Part shown: positions 9,051-18,943 of the stretch, one piece after another
How the letters are laid out: every line of letters starts with the position of its first letter
Numbering within the stretch: the stretch's first letter is position 1
Origin: an uncultured virus (IMG/VR IMGVR_UViG_3300017971_003573)
Lineage: Duplodnaviria; Heunggongvirae; Uroviricota; Caudoviricetes
DNA: 64,000 bases
Virus record (IMG/VR): IMGVR_UViG_3300017971_003573
Direction: 5' to 3' (one strand)
The notes under the pieces: generated by a model
Databases searched by the model: none
Told to the model about the DNA's origin: nothing
The model's input: only the letters and a program-made list of their open reading frames with translations
Made by a program: the position numbers and the translations under genes

Positions 9051-9962
9051 ATGGCGAAGTACCATCAGTACCGATCCCTGTGGGAGCGTGTCCATGACAC
9101 GGAGACGGGCGCAAGAGTGCTCGCGACGGAGCATCGCACAGATCCGCTTAGTTTTTACGAGGACCAGATCAGAAATGACTTAGCCATTATTGATCAACAC
9201 GACGGTTTTCAGGATGACCCGGAGCGGATGCAAAGTGCGATGGCGGCTATCGAAGAGAGCAGCGCTGACCACTTGTGGCACCGCGACGGCCAACCTTACT
9301 ACTGTCTCTTGGAAGAGTTAGTCGAGCCATTCTCGCAGTTTGATATAAGCAAACTACGAATGCGGGATCTACCATTGATTCCGCCACTGGCGGTCCATCT
9401 CCCGATCGACAAACCGTTGTCGCGAGGGGAGCATACGATGAGGAGCTTCATCGTGAAAATACAGTTCGACATCACCAGGCTGCGGGACGACGAGTGGCTG
9501 CCTGCAATGCGTGGCGAGCTGGAAGATACCGATGAAACCTCCAGGGGCATCTTCGTCAGTGCTGACTTCGGTGCGCACGATCACGTCCGACAAAACAGCC
9601 TTGTCCCCGGGCTCAGCGTTAGCATCCGTATGGCGGCCTACTACAGGGCAATAGTCATGCCGAAGCCCGACCTGTTGTTGGCGGACGCGTTTGCGGGTAT
9701 GAAGCCAATCGACCTGACAAAGTTTGACGAGGCCGCGATGGATTTGTCTTACCATGCGATGCAAATTGCTATCGCGATCAATGCAATCCGTCAGCCTGGC
9801 GGCGATAAACTACTCGCCAAGCTCGTGCCTGACATGACGGAGTCCCGGCGGGAATTAGCATTACGCATCCCGGGTGGTTTTAGACGCTCACGGAAGAAAC
9901 ACGAACAAGACGTTCGTCGGGGCAGGCAGCGCCCGCACCACTATACGCCAGGAGAGTTTTGA
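9051..9962 (+). CDS. hypothetical protein
   Basis: GAGG RBS; ~303 aa. Confidence 0.6.
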   Translation: MAKYHQYRSLWERVHDTETGARVLATEHRTDPLSFYEDQIRNDLAIIDQHDGFQDDPERMQSAMAAIEESSADHLWHRDGQPYYCLLEELVEPFSQFDISKLRMRDLPLIPPLAVHLPIDKPLSRGEHTMRSFIVKIQFDITRLRDDEWLPAMRGELEDTDETSRGIFVSADFGAHDHVRQNSLVPGLSVSIRMAAYYRAIVMPKPDLLLADAFAGMKPIDLTKFDEAAMDLSYHAMQIAIAINAIRQPGGDKLLAKLVPDMTESRRELALRIPGGFRRSRKKHEQDVRRGRQRPHHYTPGEF

Positions 9963-10240
9963 TGAAGATGATAGCCCTCGGTGACATTCTCACCAACGAA
10001 GAGATCGCAGACGCCCTGCGCCTCTTCAAAGAGTGCCAGAAGGACTGCGGCGTCGGTTTCGCTGGCAAGTGCGCAAAGCAGATCATCGAGCCCGTGCTCG
10101 ATCGAATCAACAAGAAGCTCGGGCAGGAGAATGATGCTCACTACCTTGGCTTCGCGATTGAATACGTCTTCGGTCTTTGTGGTGATCGGCTTCCCGATCC
10201 CGACGAAGATCCTCACTTCATGGACTTCCTGAACAACTGA
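9962..10240 (+). CDS. hypothetical protein
   Basis: Coupled to the upstream stop. Confidence 0.6.
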   Translation: MKMIALGDILTNEEIADALRLFKECQKDCGVGFAGKCAKQIIEPVLDRINKKLGQENDAHYLGFAIEYVFGLCGDRLPDPDEDPHFMDFLNN

Positions 10241-10241
10241 C

Positions 10242-11015
10242 ATGACGCAGTACAACGTGACCGAGCTGCGGTCTCTCTTGGAAGAGTACCGCAAGATCGA
10301 CACCAGACCAGACGGTGTCTTCACCGCGTTCGCCAGCCGCAACCAGGGCGTGGAAGCGTTCCTGGAGTGGCTGGAGCAGCGGGGTGCTGGCGGTGAGCCG
10401 GAGGACAAGGAGGATAAGGAGGAGAAGTATGAGTACCCTCCGAACCCGGACTACGATGTATGCTACCGCGTGAAGTTCTCGGGGTGGCGAAGTAGCCTGC
10501 GTATGAAGCGGGAGCAATCCGCGTTCCTCCCGATCGCCGCGTTCGACGGCGTCGTGCCGACGCTGGCGCAGGCCGAGAAACAACTCCACGAGCACCTCGG
10601 TGACCACGAGACCGACGTCATTGCGGTCGACGGACGATACTACTACACGGCGACCGGCCATCGGCTCCCGGACAACTACGATCCGCAGAATCTGACGGAG
10701 AAGCAGAAGCTGGCCAGGAAGGCGACCGAGAACCTCGAAAACCTTCAGAGGCTGAAGCAGGAGCAGATATGCCTACTGGAGGAGGTCGCGATCACGCTGC
10801 GAATACAATACTGGACGGGCATACGTTACGACGAGATCAAACAATGGGGCTTCGGCTGGCAGTACATGCGGAACGAATTCAAGAAGAAGTACAGCCGCCT
10901 GCACGCCGAGAACGAGTTGACCCGTACCCACATCAACTTCATCCGCACCAAGGACGGCAAGGACATACCTATCCCGCTGATGCGGAGGCCCGAACCTTTG
11001 AAGAGGAAGGGATGA
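10242..11015 (+). CDS. hypothetical protein
   Basis: 257-aa ORF. Confidence 0.65.
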   Translation: MTQYNVTELRSLLEEYRKIDTRPDGVFTAFASRNQGVEAFLEWLEQRGAGGEPEDKEDKEEKYEYPPNPDYDVCYRVKFSGWRSSLRMKREQSAFLPIAAFDGVVPTLAQAEKQLHEHLGDHETDVIAVDGRYYYTATGHRLPDNYDPQNLTEKQKLARKATENLENLQRLKQEQICLLEEVAITLRIQYWTGIRYDEIKQWGFGWQYMRNEFKKKYSRLHAENELTRTHINFIRTKDGKDIPIPLMRRPEPLKRKG

Positions 11016-11272
11016 GCAAAAAACCAAGATGTGCGATCGTCTCATCGGCGACGATCGCCAAGTACAAACGCCTCGACCCCGGGTTCTACCTCGGCCAGGT
11101 CGAAGGCGAAGAGGCGCAAGATCGCGTCGATGCGGCGAAGAAGCGGCTGGAGTCCGCCGAGCGCAGTTACCAACGAGCTCTCGACGAGCAGAAGGAGTCT
11201 GACGAGAGAGTCGAGCAAATGATCCAAGACGGAGAGATAGTACCGTGGCCACCCACGAACTCGTCGGACTGA
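11012..11272 (+). CDS. hypothetical protein
   Basis: ATGA overlap; MSKKPRCAIVSS... Confidence 0.55.
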   Translation: MSKKPRCAIVSSATIAKYKRLDPGFYLGQVEGEEAQDRVDAAKKRLESAERSYQRALDEQKESDERVEQMIQDGEIVPWPPTNSSD

Positions 11273-11496
11273 CGATCGAAGAGGTCGTGCCGCTTGAGCA
11301 CGACATCATGGTCGCCGAGGGCTGGGACGCTGACAACGGTGACCGGCCCGCCATGCTCATTCTGAGCGACGGCACCAAGGTGTACCCGGCGTCATGCCCG
11401 AAAGGGGAGACGATGGGAGCCTTGTTCGGCGTGCGGCCCGAGGGCGAGCACGTCCACTACCCCGTGCAGGATAAGGAGGATGCCGATGGTGGGTGA
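11245..11496 (+). CDS. hypothetical phage protein
   Basis: GTG start after GGAG; 83 aa. Confidence 0.55.
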   Translation: MATHELVGLTIEEVVPLEHDIMVAEGWDADNGDRPAMLILSDGTKVYPASCPKGETMGALFGVRPEGEHVHYPVQDKEDADGG

Positions 11497-11785
11497 CGAC
11501 GAACTCACTCGCGACGACTTGGCGGCGCTCCCCAAGTACGAGCTGATCCGCCGGTTCCTCATCTTACAGCGGGTCCGCAAGCATTGGCGGATCCTTGCTA
11601 TCCAGGCAGCAGTCGGGCAGGCCACCGTAAATGGCCTGAAGAACGTCTGCTTCAAGGAGATGATGGGCTTCGTGCCCGACGACGCGTACATGGACAAGAA
11701 GCTCAAGGAGCTCGTCGACTACTTGGAAGAAAAGGAGAAGGACGTCGAAGAGTTCGGCCCGCTCCGCTCCATCCTCATCGAATAG
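11480..11785 (+). CDS. hypothetical protein
   Basis: AGGAGG RBS region. Confidence 0.55.
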   Translation: MPMVGDDELTRDDLAALPKYELIRRFLILQRVRKHWRILAIQAAVGQATVNGLKNVCFKEMMGFVPDDAYMDKKLKELVDYLEEKEKDVEEFGPLRSILIE

Positions 11786-11793
11786 GAGACCCC

Positions 11794-12243
11794 ATGGGAA
11801 TCGTTTCGGTTCCATCCATCAACGACGACGGCAAGGGTGTCACAATCGTGCGTGCCGCTATTGGCACTGCGCACGAGCTGCATGATCTCGTGACCGTCTG
11901 TATTGTCGATACGACGGACGACGAAGTGCTGCACGCCCTGCCTGTTCACAGCCAGGACTTGCTTCACGCAGTCCTGCGAACCTACCCGCACCTCACCGTG
12001 CGGGAGGATTGGCATCTCATTGAGACGCCGGAAGGCCCGGCCACGATTGGGTGTACTACGGATCGCAACGACAAGGCGGCGATCATAACCGGCCTCTCAC
12101 AGGTGCCGGGCTATACGTTCTGGAGCGGCTTCATGTCGGAGGAAGCCGTCCGTGACTTCGCGGCCCAGAAGGGCCTGATCATTGAGGAAGACGATGACGA
12201 AGAAGAAGAAATCGAAGAAGAAGGCGAAGAGTCGGGTACCTAA
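11794..12243 (+). CDS. hypothetical protein with an acidic C-terminal tail
   Basis: AGGAG RBS; ends IEEDDDEEEEIEEEGEESGT. Confidence 0.6.
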   Translation: MGIVSVPSINDDGKGVTIVRAAIGTAHELHDLVTVCIVDTTDDEVLHALPVHSQDLLHAVLRTYPHLTVREDWHLIETPEGPATIGCTTDRNDKAAIITGLSQVPGYTFWSGFMSEEAVRDFAAQKGLIIEEDDDEEEEIEEEGEESGT

Positions 12244-12730
12244 GAAGAAGAAACTGTTGCCCGACTACAAGCCGGTGGATCTCAACGACTTCCTTCGCAT
12301 CTACGACGAGATCCACGAAGAGCACGGCGGCCAGAACCCGTTCGGGCCGTCGCTTGACGAGGAAGGCCATCGCAAGGTCCACAAGCTCATTAGGGTCATG
12401 GAGCTGAAGGCCCGGAAGGACTGGCGTAACTACGTCGTCGCCCCCGAGCTCCACTCGGACCCCCGGTGGGGATCGGTACTCTACTTCCTGATCTACGTGC
12501 CGGAAAAGCAAGCCGGGCGAATTGGCCCAGACGGCGAGCAGGCTCGCGACTGCATGAAGGTGCATCACAGCTTCATGCGTAGCGGCACCGACTACGATAT
12601 GTACTTCGATCCCGAGGTCGCCATGGACGTGGCCGACTCGCTGAACCATGCTCGTGGCATGCGGAAGCTCAAACGGGAAGGACCAATCTCCCAGGAGTGT
12701 TCAGGTGGAGGAGAAAACCGCAGCGGATGA
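12194..12730 (+). CDS. hypothetical protein with a Lys-rich N-terminus
   Basis: MTKKKKSKKKAKSRVPKKKK; overlaps the acidic tail of the upstream gene. Confidence 0.55.
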   Translation: MTKKKKSKKKAKSRVPKKKKLLPDYKPVDLNDFLRIYDEIHEEHGGQNPFGPSLDEEGHRKVHKLIRVMELKARKDWRNYVVAPELHSDPRWGSVLYFLIYVPEKQAGRIGPDGEQARDCMKVHHSFMRSGTDYDMYFDPEVAMDVADSLNHARGMRKLKREGPISQECSGGGENRSG

Positions 12731-13043
12731 GGCTGCCGAAATGGTGGCCGACATCGGCAACGATGATAAGCCCGAGGTTCGGGCATTCTTACCCCGGCGG
12801 TTTGGGAAGCGAGAGGTGACGGGCAAGGTCCGTCTCGAACTCGAATTCCCGACGCCGCAGGCCATGATAGAATGGCTTGAGGAGGCGAAGGGCACTTTGC
12901 TTCCGAACGACGTGGCGTTGTATAACCACGACGCCCTCGATACCGACATGAGTCAGCACAACGTCTTCATCGTCAAACGTGAAGGCGACCGCCCTGACCA
13001 TTTCCGACTCCACGTTACGGAGACGGAAGAAAGGATGGTGTGA
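12648..13043 (+). CDS. hypothetical protein
   Basis: ORF in series; start uncertain. Confidence 0.5.
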   Translation: MLVACGSSNGKDQSPRSVQVEEKTAADEAAEMVADIGNDDKPEVRAFLPRRFGKREVTGKVRLELEFPTPQAMIEWLEEAKGTLLPNDVALYNHDALDTDMSQHNVFIVKREGDRPDHFRLHVTETEERMV

Positions 13044-13267
13044 TGCCGACCGTACAAGAAGCCGAAGCCCTGGTCGAGGAGATCGCGGATCTCATCGACA
13101 ACGAGGTGCCAGACGGCGCCTTCCGCCGCATGCCCGACTACTTCGAGAGCGTGCGGAGCAAGGCGCTGGACATCGGCGATTCCGTGGAGAGCTACGGCAG
13201 TGCCACCGAGGCACAGATCGAAGCTCTCGAAAACATGAGAGACGGAGTCAAGAAGTGGATTCGATAA
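13043..13267 (+). CDS. small hypothetical protein
   Basis: Coupled start. Confidence 0.6.
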   Translation: MPTVQEAEALVEEIADLIDNEVPDGAFRRMPDYFESVRSKALDIGDSVESYGSATEAQIEALENMRDGVKKWIR

Positions 13268-13965
13268 CCGACGAGCAACGTGGCGTGTTCCGCTACGACG
13301 TCGCCGGGGTCATCAAGTCGCTGATTCGCCACCGGCATCACTGCAACCCGCAGTGGCTGTCCGACACGCGAAAGCGGCAGTGGGATGTCCCCGACGTCGA
13401 CGAGGAGTATAACCTCGCTTACGAGTACGTGCTCAACTGGGCGTGGCGGCGTTATCGCTTTATCTACTCCCAATACCGCGAGTTTGCGGATTCTACGACC
13501 GACATGCGTGAAGTGTGGAACCTGTTGCTCCACTTCTTCAGGCACGGCCCCAAGGGTTGGGGCAAGGCCATCAAGCAGCTCCCCGCCATGGAGGACTTGG
13601 TCGACTGGCGGTGGCTCGACGACGTGCGCGAGGCGTTGGACAATCTACCGCATCCAACGAAGTACCCACCGGACAAGCAGACGCCCGAAGAATACTGGGC
13701 GTCGTGCGGTTACGAGGGTTGGGCACTTTGCCCCCACTGCAAAACGCCAATGCGCGACGATGCGGACCCGGAGCGCACGCTCCTTGGCGAGCCGAAGCAA
13801 ATCACTGTCGATAACTTCGAGCTTGCCAATTCCACGCCCATTGGCCACGGCAGGGTCAAGCGGGGCGAGGTAATATGCAACAGTTGCGCAGGTGAGATCC
13901 TGATCGACCTTCGCAACCACAACGGCCTCTCTGACACGGAGGCGACATCTCGTATGGGGTGGTGA
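13255..13965 (+). CDS. hypothetical protein with a C-terminal Zn finger
   Basis: CPHC...CNSC; GTG start inferred. Confidence 0.55.
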   Translation: MDSITDEQRGVFRYDVAGVIKSLIRHRHHCNPQWLSDTRKRQWDVPDVDEEYNLAYEYVLNWAWRRYRFIYSQYREFADSTTDMREVWNLLLHFFRHGPKGWGKAIKQLPAMEDLVDWRWLDDVREALDNLPHPTKYPPDKQTPEEYWASCGYEGWALCPHCKTPMRDDADPERTLLGEPKQITVDNFELANSTPIGHGRVKRGEVICNSCAGEILIDLRNHNGLSDTEATSRMGW

Positions 13966-13968
13966 GGG

Positions 13969-14313
13969 ATGTACCACGCGACAGGCACCTGGGATGCGGA
14001 GGAAGAAGCACCAGACGCAGTTGTTTCCGACATCGTATTCTGTATGCTGAAGAACCGAGAGCAGAACGAGAGCCACGGGCGTGCCGTATGGATGCCCCCA
14101 GCGTTCTCGATACTGTGTCCGGTTGATCGGTATTTGATTGCTGCTGGTCTCATCATGGATGTGACCGGCGGCGACGTTACAGTGGAAGACATTGACGCGG
14201 CACTGGAGGCGGAGGAATTTCCTGCGGCTCGCCGCAAACACGCAGCCGACCTGTTAGCCCGGGTCGTTAAGGAGCTCAACGATGAGCGAAAAAGCAACGA
14301 CGGAAAGTCGTAG
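13969..14313 (+). CDS. hypothetical protein
   Basis: 114-aa ORF. Confidence 0.55.
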   Translation: MYHATGTWDAEEEAPDAVVSDIVFCMLKNREQNESHGRAVWMPPAFSILCPVDRYLIAAGLIMDVTGGDVTVEDIDAALEAEEFPAARRKHAADLLARVVKELNDERKSNDGKS

Positions 14314-14698
14314 CCTGGCCCTCCGGGGCGTTCCCGTCGACCGTCCAATGACCGGACGCGAGGCGATTACCCGATGGCCGCGAGTCGTGGCCCACATGAT
14401 CTGTGAATCGTTGGGTTACTTCACGCCGAAGTCCGCCAGCGAAGCCCTGGCATCCTACAAGAACAACGACTCCTACGCGTGCGAGTGGTACTCGCACATT
14501 TGCAGCCAGCGCAATAAAGGCTTCTTCGACGAGGCCGAGCTGAAGCTGATCGGCGCGGACGTTGTCAAGTGGGCCTTCCTGAACCGCGAGCGGCATAAAG
14601 GCTACATGGCAGAGTTTCAGAACGCCATGGTCCTTGTGTTGGAGGAGTTGAAAACGAAGGACGGCCTCCCGTGCAGCATGCTGGCAAGTTGGTTCTGA
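14282..14698 (+). CDS. hypothetical protein
   Basis: AGGAG RBS; followed by a terminator-like hairpin at about 14723-14755. Confidence 0.6.
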   Translation: MSEKATTESRSLALRGVPVDRPMTGREAITRWPRVVAHMICESLGYFTPKSASEALASYKNNDSYACEWYSHICSQRNKGFFDEAELKLIGADVVKWAFLNRERHKGYMAEFQNAMVLVLEELKTKDGLPCSMLASWF

Positions 14699-14919
14699 TG
14701 TGCCAACTTTGCAGCTCCGACGAAAAATACCAGCAGCTTTGCGGTTTCTGGTTTTGCTTCCACTGCTTGCCCCGTGCAGTTAAAAAAGGGGCATCGTACT
14801 GGTGGAAGCTGTATCGTTTGCTCTATCCCTGGAGATAGGGCTACCACCGGCCTGGCGACCTCGTTATAATCGACGGTCGCTTTGGATCAGACTCTAACCC
14901 GGACGCGCAGGAGGGCGTA

Positions 14920-16890
14920 ATGGGAGCGGTATCAGCTCGCGCTGAAGCTATCACTCGGCGCACCTACAACCGTCCGCTCGACGAGAGCGGCAATACCCTT
15001 GAAACGTGGGAACAAACCGTCGCAAGGGCGACATGTACGCACCATCGGCGACTGTGGGAGGGCGCTGGTGGCACGCCAAACGAGGAAGAACTTCTCGAAC
15101 TCCAGCAACTCGTGCTCGATCGAAAGGCACTGGTTGCTGGACGTACGCTGTGGCTCGGCGGCACCGACTACTCGATGTCCCGAGCCTGCTCGCAGTTCAA
15201 CTGCACCTATACGCGTGCCCAGACTGTCTACCAGTTCGTTGACGCCTTCTGGCTGTTACTCAACGGCTGTGGCGTCGGCTTCCGGCCACAGGCAGGCACG
15301 CTGCACGGATTCCTCAAGCCCATCAAGGACTTCGAGGTGATCCAATCTACCCAAGGGCCGGACCATCACGGTCCCGAGGACAACGAAGAGATCCTCCCCA
15401 GCGGCGAGAACGGTTATCACTGGTCGATCAAGATCGGTGACTCCGCACAAGGGTGGGCGAAGTCGTTAGGCAAGCTCATCAACCCGCCGCGATCTGCTGT
15501 TGAGAAGCTGACCATCGACCTGAGCAACCTCCGTGGCCCCGGCAAACGCCTCAAGGGTTACGGATGGATCTGCAACGGCGGCCAGCCGCTCGAAACGGCA
15601 TATCGCTCGATCTTTGACATCCTCAATGCCAAGTCGGGTGACTTGCTCGACGAGATCGACTTGCTCGATGTCGTCAACCACCTCGGCACGGTTCTGTCCA
15701 GTCGGCGGGCGGCACAGATCGCCCTGATGGACTACGGCCATCCTCGGTGGGAGCAATTCGCCTTGGCGAAGAAGGACTACTGGATGCTCAACAACGAGCA
15801 CCGCCAGCAGTCCAACAACTCGCTCGTCTTCTGGCACAAACCCAGCAAGGCGAAGATCCGAGGCATGATGGAAATGATCTGGGCCAGCGGCGGCTCCGAG
15901 CCCGGCTTCGTCAACGGCGAGGCCGCCAGGCGGAGAGCCCCATGGTTCGACGGCATGAACCCGTGTGCCGAGATCCTTCTCAGCAGCAACGGGTTCTGCA
16001 ACCTGGTGACCACAGCGATCTCAAAGTTCTGGAACAACTTCTCCGCCGCCCTACGTGCCCTGTACGTCATGGGTCGAGCGAACTACCGCCAGACATGTGT
16101 GGATCTCAACGACGGCATCCTGTCGCCGGAGTGGCACCAGACCAACGAGGCCCTGCGTCTCTGCGGCATGTCCATGACGGGTATCTCTCAAGCACCCTGG
16201 TTGACCGACTACCAGATCAAGCGTTTGCGAGATGCTGCCATCACGGGCACCTACAGTATGGCCGACGAGCTTGGCCTGCCCCGCCCGAAGCTGGTCACAT
16301 GCCTGAAGCCGGAAGGCACAGGCTCGAAGATCATGGACGTGACCGAGGGCATCCACAAGCCTTTGGGCAAGTACATCTTCAACTGGGTCGGGTTCGCATC
16401 TCGCGACCCGATCATCGACATGCTACAGTCGGCTGGGTACCGTGTCATCGATCACCCCGACGACCCCAACGGGACGCTCATCTGCTTCCCGGTAGCATAC
16501 CCCGGTTGTCGCTTCGAGGTGGACGGCGACAAAGAGATCAATCGTGAGTCCGCTGTCGAGCAGCTCAACCGGTACCGCCGGTGGAACACGCTCTGGGCGG
16601 ACCACAACACGTCCATCACCGTCTCCTGGGACATCAGCGAGCTCGACGAGATCGTCGACTGGCTGGACCGTTACTGGGATGACTACGTTGCCGTGTCGTG
16701 GATGATGCGGAACGACCCGACCAAGACGGCCAAGGATCTGGGGCACAAGTATTTGCCGCAGGAGGTTGTCACCGAGTCGGCATACAGGGAATACGCCGAT
16801 AAACTTAGCATAGTCGACTGGGGCAAGCTGCACGGGATCCACGAAGTGGATGCTGGTGAGTGTGCCTCGGGAGCCTGCCCTGTAAAATGA
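14920..16890 (+). CDS. nrdJ: class II (adenosylcobalamin-dependent) ribonucleotide reductase
   Basis: RRTYNRP, AGRTLWLGGT, QFNC, GCGVGF, GSEPG, catalytic NPCAEI, KPEGT, C-terminal redox pair CASGACPVK; AGGAGG RBS. Confidence 0.93.
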   Translation: MGAVSARAEAITRRTYNRPLDESGNTLETWEQTVARATCTHHRRLWEGAGGTPNEEELLELQQLVLDRKALVAGRTLWLGGTDYSMSRACSQFNCTYTRAQTVYQFVDAFWLLLNGCGVGFRPQAGTLHGFLKPIKDFEVIQSTQGPDHHGPEDNEEILPSGENGYHWSIKIGDSAQGWAKSLGKLINPPRSAVEKLTIDLSNLRGPGKRLKGYGWICNGGQPLETAYRSIFDILNAKSGDLLDEIDLLDVVNHLGTVLSSRRAAQIALMDYGHPRWEQFALAKKDYWMLNNEHRQQSNNSLVFWHKPSKAKIRGMMEMIWASGGSEPGFVNGEAARRRAPWFDGMNPCAEILLSSNGFCNLVTTAISKFWNNFSAALRALYVMGRANYRQTCVDLNDGILSPEWHQTNEALRLCGMSMTGISQAPWLTDYQIKRLRDAAITGTYSMADELGLPRPKLVTCLKPEGTGSKIMDVTEGIHKPLGKYIFNWVGFASRDPIIDMLQSAGYRVIDHPDDPNGTLICFPVAYPGCRFEVDGDKEINRESAVEQLNRYRRWNTLWADHNTSITVSWDISELDEIVDWLDRYWDDYVAVSWMMRNDPTKTAKDLGHKYLPQEVVTESAYREYADKLSIVDWGKLHGIHEVDAGECASGACPVK

Positions 16891-17507
16891 CACTTCGCCC
16901 ACCGGACCCCCGGGCTCCAACCGAGCCCGGGGTTACTTATCCGCCTACCAAGCCGGACGATCGGGACACTACCCCGATGTACTGGACGACCGACGATCAC
17001 CGTCAGATCATCAACGAGAACGACGAGGTCGTGGTCCACCTTGCAAACGGTTGTTCCATAGTGAGCGGCTGGTGCGACGCCGACGACCCGAATGCGAGAC
17101 TCTCTGGGCAGTACCTCCGTTTGGAAGATCCAGGCGGCAAAGAGATCGTCTATTACGACCATTCCGAGTGGGAGACTGCGCCCGAGAGTTACGAAGTTAT
17201 TGGGGCGTTCGTCAACATCGCTGCGGGTTTCCGGGGCAGGACTGCACTTCCACGCCCTCGCGAGCTTGAGTTCTCCGATAGCGGTAACCCGATCTTTACA
17301 CTACACGAGAAGCTCCTTGCGCTTCGGTACTGCTTCAACAATGGGCAGGACGAGGACGTGCTTGGTCACTTGTTCGACTTACTCAACCACGCATCGAATG
17401 TCGGTGGTTGGGTCGGTGAGATGACGGAGGAGGCGCTTATCGATCTTTACAGGTTATACGGATCAAACCCAACACCCATCAGAGGATTGCACGATGCCGC
17501 CAGGTGA
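16887..17507 (+). CDS. hypothetical protein
   Basis: ATGA overlap with the nrdJ stop. Confidence 0.55.
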   Translation: MTLRPPDPRAPTEPGVTYPPTKPDDRDTTPMYWTTDDHRQIINENDEVVVHLANGCSIVSGWCDADDPNARLSGQYLRLEDPGGKEIVYYDHSEWETAPESYEVIGAFVNIAAGFRGRTALPRPRELEFSDSGNPIFTLHEKLLALRYCFNNGQDEDVLGHLFDLLNHASNVGGWVGEMTEEALIDLYRLYGSNPTPIRGLHDAAR

Positions 17508-18135
17508 ACACCCACACTGGTACTCCGAGTGGTACGAGAACGCCCAGCACAACCTCGCGCCGAGCGTGATCTGTATCATGCCAATCGTCGTGGCCCCGGA
17601 GCCAGGCATGGAATCGCATACGGGGATCCTTGTGGGCGGTATTGACGAGAATGATGACCCGCCCCGACCAATGTGGATCATCCTCCGCGAGGAGATCGTT
17701 GCGGCTCTCTACACCTGTCTGGTGACAGAGAACGCAATCATCCCGGCGGAGTTCTCCCGCATCGCGGATGTCGACTCGCTGATGCCCCAGTTCGAGGTGC
17801 GTCAGCAATCGGGCGCGACGGTGGACACACCGGCGATGCTCAATACAATCGAGGCGAGTTACGCACCGTCGATGATCGGCTGCGCGACTGTCATGCTTCA
17901 GGCGGCGAACCCAGAGGACATTCCCGAGGGCGGCCACGAACGCATGCGACTCATCACACTCGCCGGAGAGTACAACGGCGAGCGACTTGTTGTTACATTC
18001 ACCGAGCAGGGCGTTGAACAGATGTGGCAAGCCCTGTCTCGCGGTTGGTGGTTCTGTCGGCTGGAAGAGCCGTTCGCGGACATCATCCGACAGATCGACC
18101 CAGACTTCTTTGGAGACGACGAGTATGTCGTTTGA
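17494..18135 (+). CDS. hypothetical protein
   Basis: 213-aa ORF. Confidence 0.6.
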   Translation: MPPGEHPHWYSEWYENAQHNLAPSVICIMPIVVAPEPGMESHTGILVGGIDENDDPPRPMWIILREEIVAALYTCLVTENAIIPAEFSRIADVDSLMPQFEVRQQSGATVDTPAMLNTIEASYAPSMIGCATVMLQAANPEDIPEGGHERMRLITLAGEYNGERLVVTFTEQGVEQMWQALSRGWWFCRLEEPFADIIRQIDPDFFGDDEYVV

Positions 18136-18928
18136 CTACGGAATGTACTGGATGCTGCTATCACCGGAGCAGCGGCGGCAACAAGAGGAGCGGGAGCGTA
18201 AGTACCTACAGAGTTACGCTGCCAATCACGCCGAGGAGTGGGACGAGGACAAGACGAAGTTCAGCAAACTTCTCTGTCTGAAGGCCGACACCTGGACCCC
18301 GCTGCGAATCTTCGACACGAAGCCGTTCGTGTTCAAAGGCGGTACGTGGATGGACCGCGTCAAGAAGAGTCCCAACGGTACGTGGGGCTATGGCAATCGC
18401 AAGATGCCTGGCTTCGCGAAACTTGAGCTTGCTCAAGGCCAGAAGCGTGGGGAAGTGTTCTTCGACGACGAGGTCGTTGTCCCGGTGCTCCTCGACATGA
18501 AGACCCAAGACGTCGTCATGTCCTACACTCCGATGGAAGTCCTGACCCAGCGGCAAGGCATTCGCCTGGCCAAGGGCAAGGTGCTCATCGGCGGGCTCGG
18601 CATGGGCTACCTTCTCCGCAAGGTGGCTGCCAAGAAGTCCGTCAAGGAAATCGTCGTGGTCGAGATCAGCGAAGAGCTGCTCGACTGGTACGGCAATGAC
18701 CTCTGCAAAGAGGTCGCCGAGGAGACCGGTAAGCCGGTCGAGGTCATCTGCGATGACGTTGTCAACCAGATTGGCCATCACGGTGAGGATACCCGCCATC
18801 TCGTCGATGTGTGGAACAACTATCCCACCGATTACGACATGCTCCAACGTCGGCCAGGCTGGCAGGACGCATTAGACCGTACGAATCATTTCTGGGGGTG
18901 GGGCGTAACCACCTCCTACGCTTATTAG
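18125..18928 (+). CDS. SAM-dependent methyltransferase / spermidine-synthase-like fold protein
   Basis: VLIGGLGMG (motif I), IVVVEISEE (motif II), VICDD. Confidence 0.75.
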   Translation: MSFDYGMYWMLLSPEQRRQQEERERKYLQSYAANHAEEWDEDKTKFSKLLCLKADTWTPLRIFDTKPFVFKGGTWMDRVKKSPNGTWGYGNRKMPGFAKLELAQGQKRGEVFFDDEVVVPVLLDMKTQDVVMSYTPMEVLTQRQGIRLAKGKVLIGGLGMGYLLRKVAAKKSVKEIVVVEISEELLDWYGNDLCKEVAEETGKPVEVICDDVVNQIGHHGEDTRHLVDVWNNYPTDYDMLQRRPGWQDALDRTNHFWGWGVTTSYAY

Positions 18929-18943
18929 GAGAGACATAGGGCT

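Noticed and set aside
14699..14919. Cobalamin riboswitch before nrdJ
   Set aside because: No B12-box or other conserved riboswitch core recognised.
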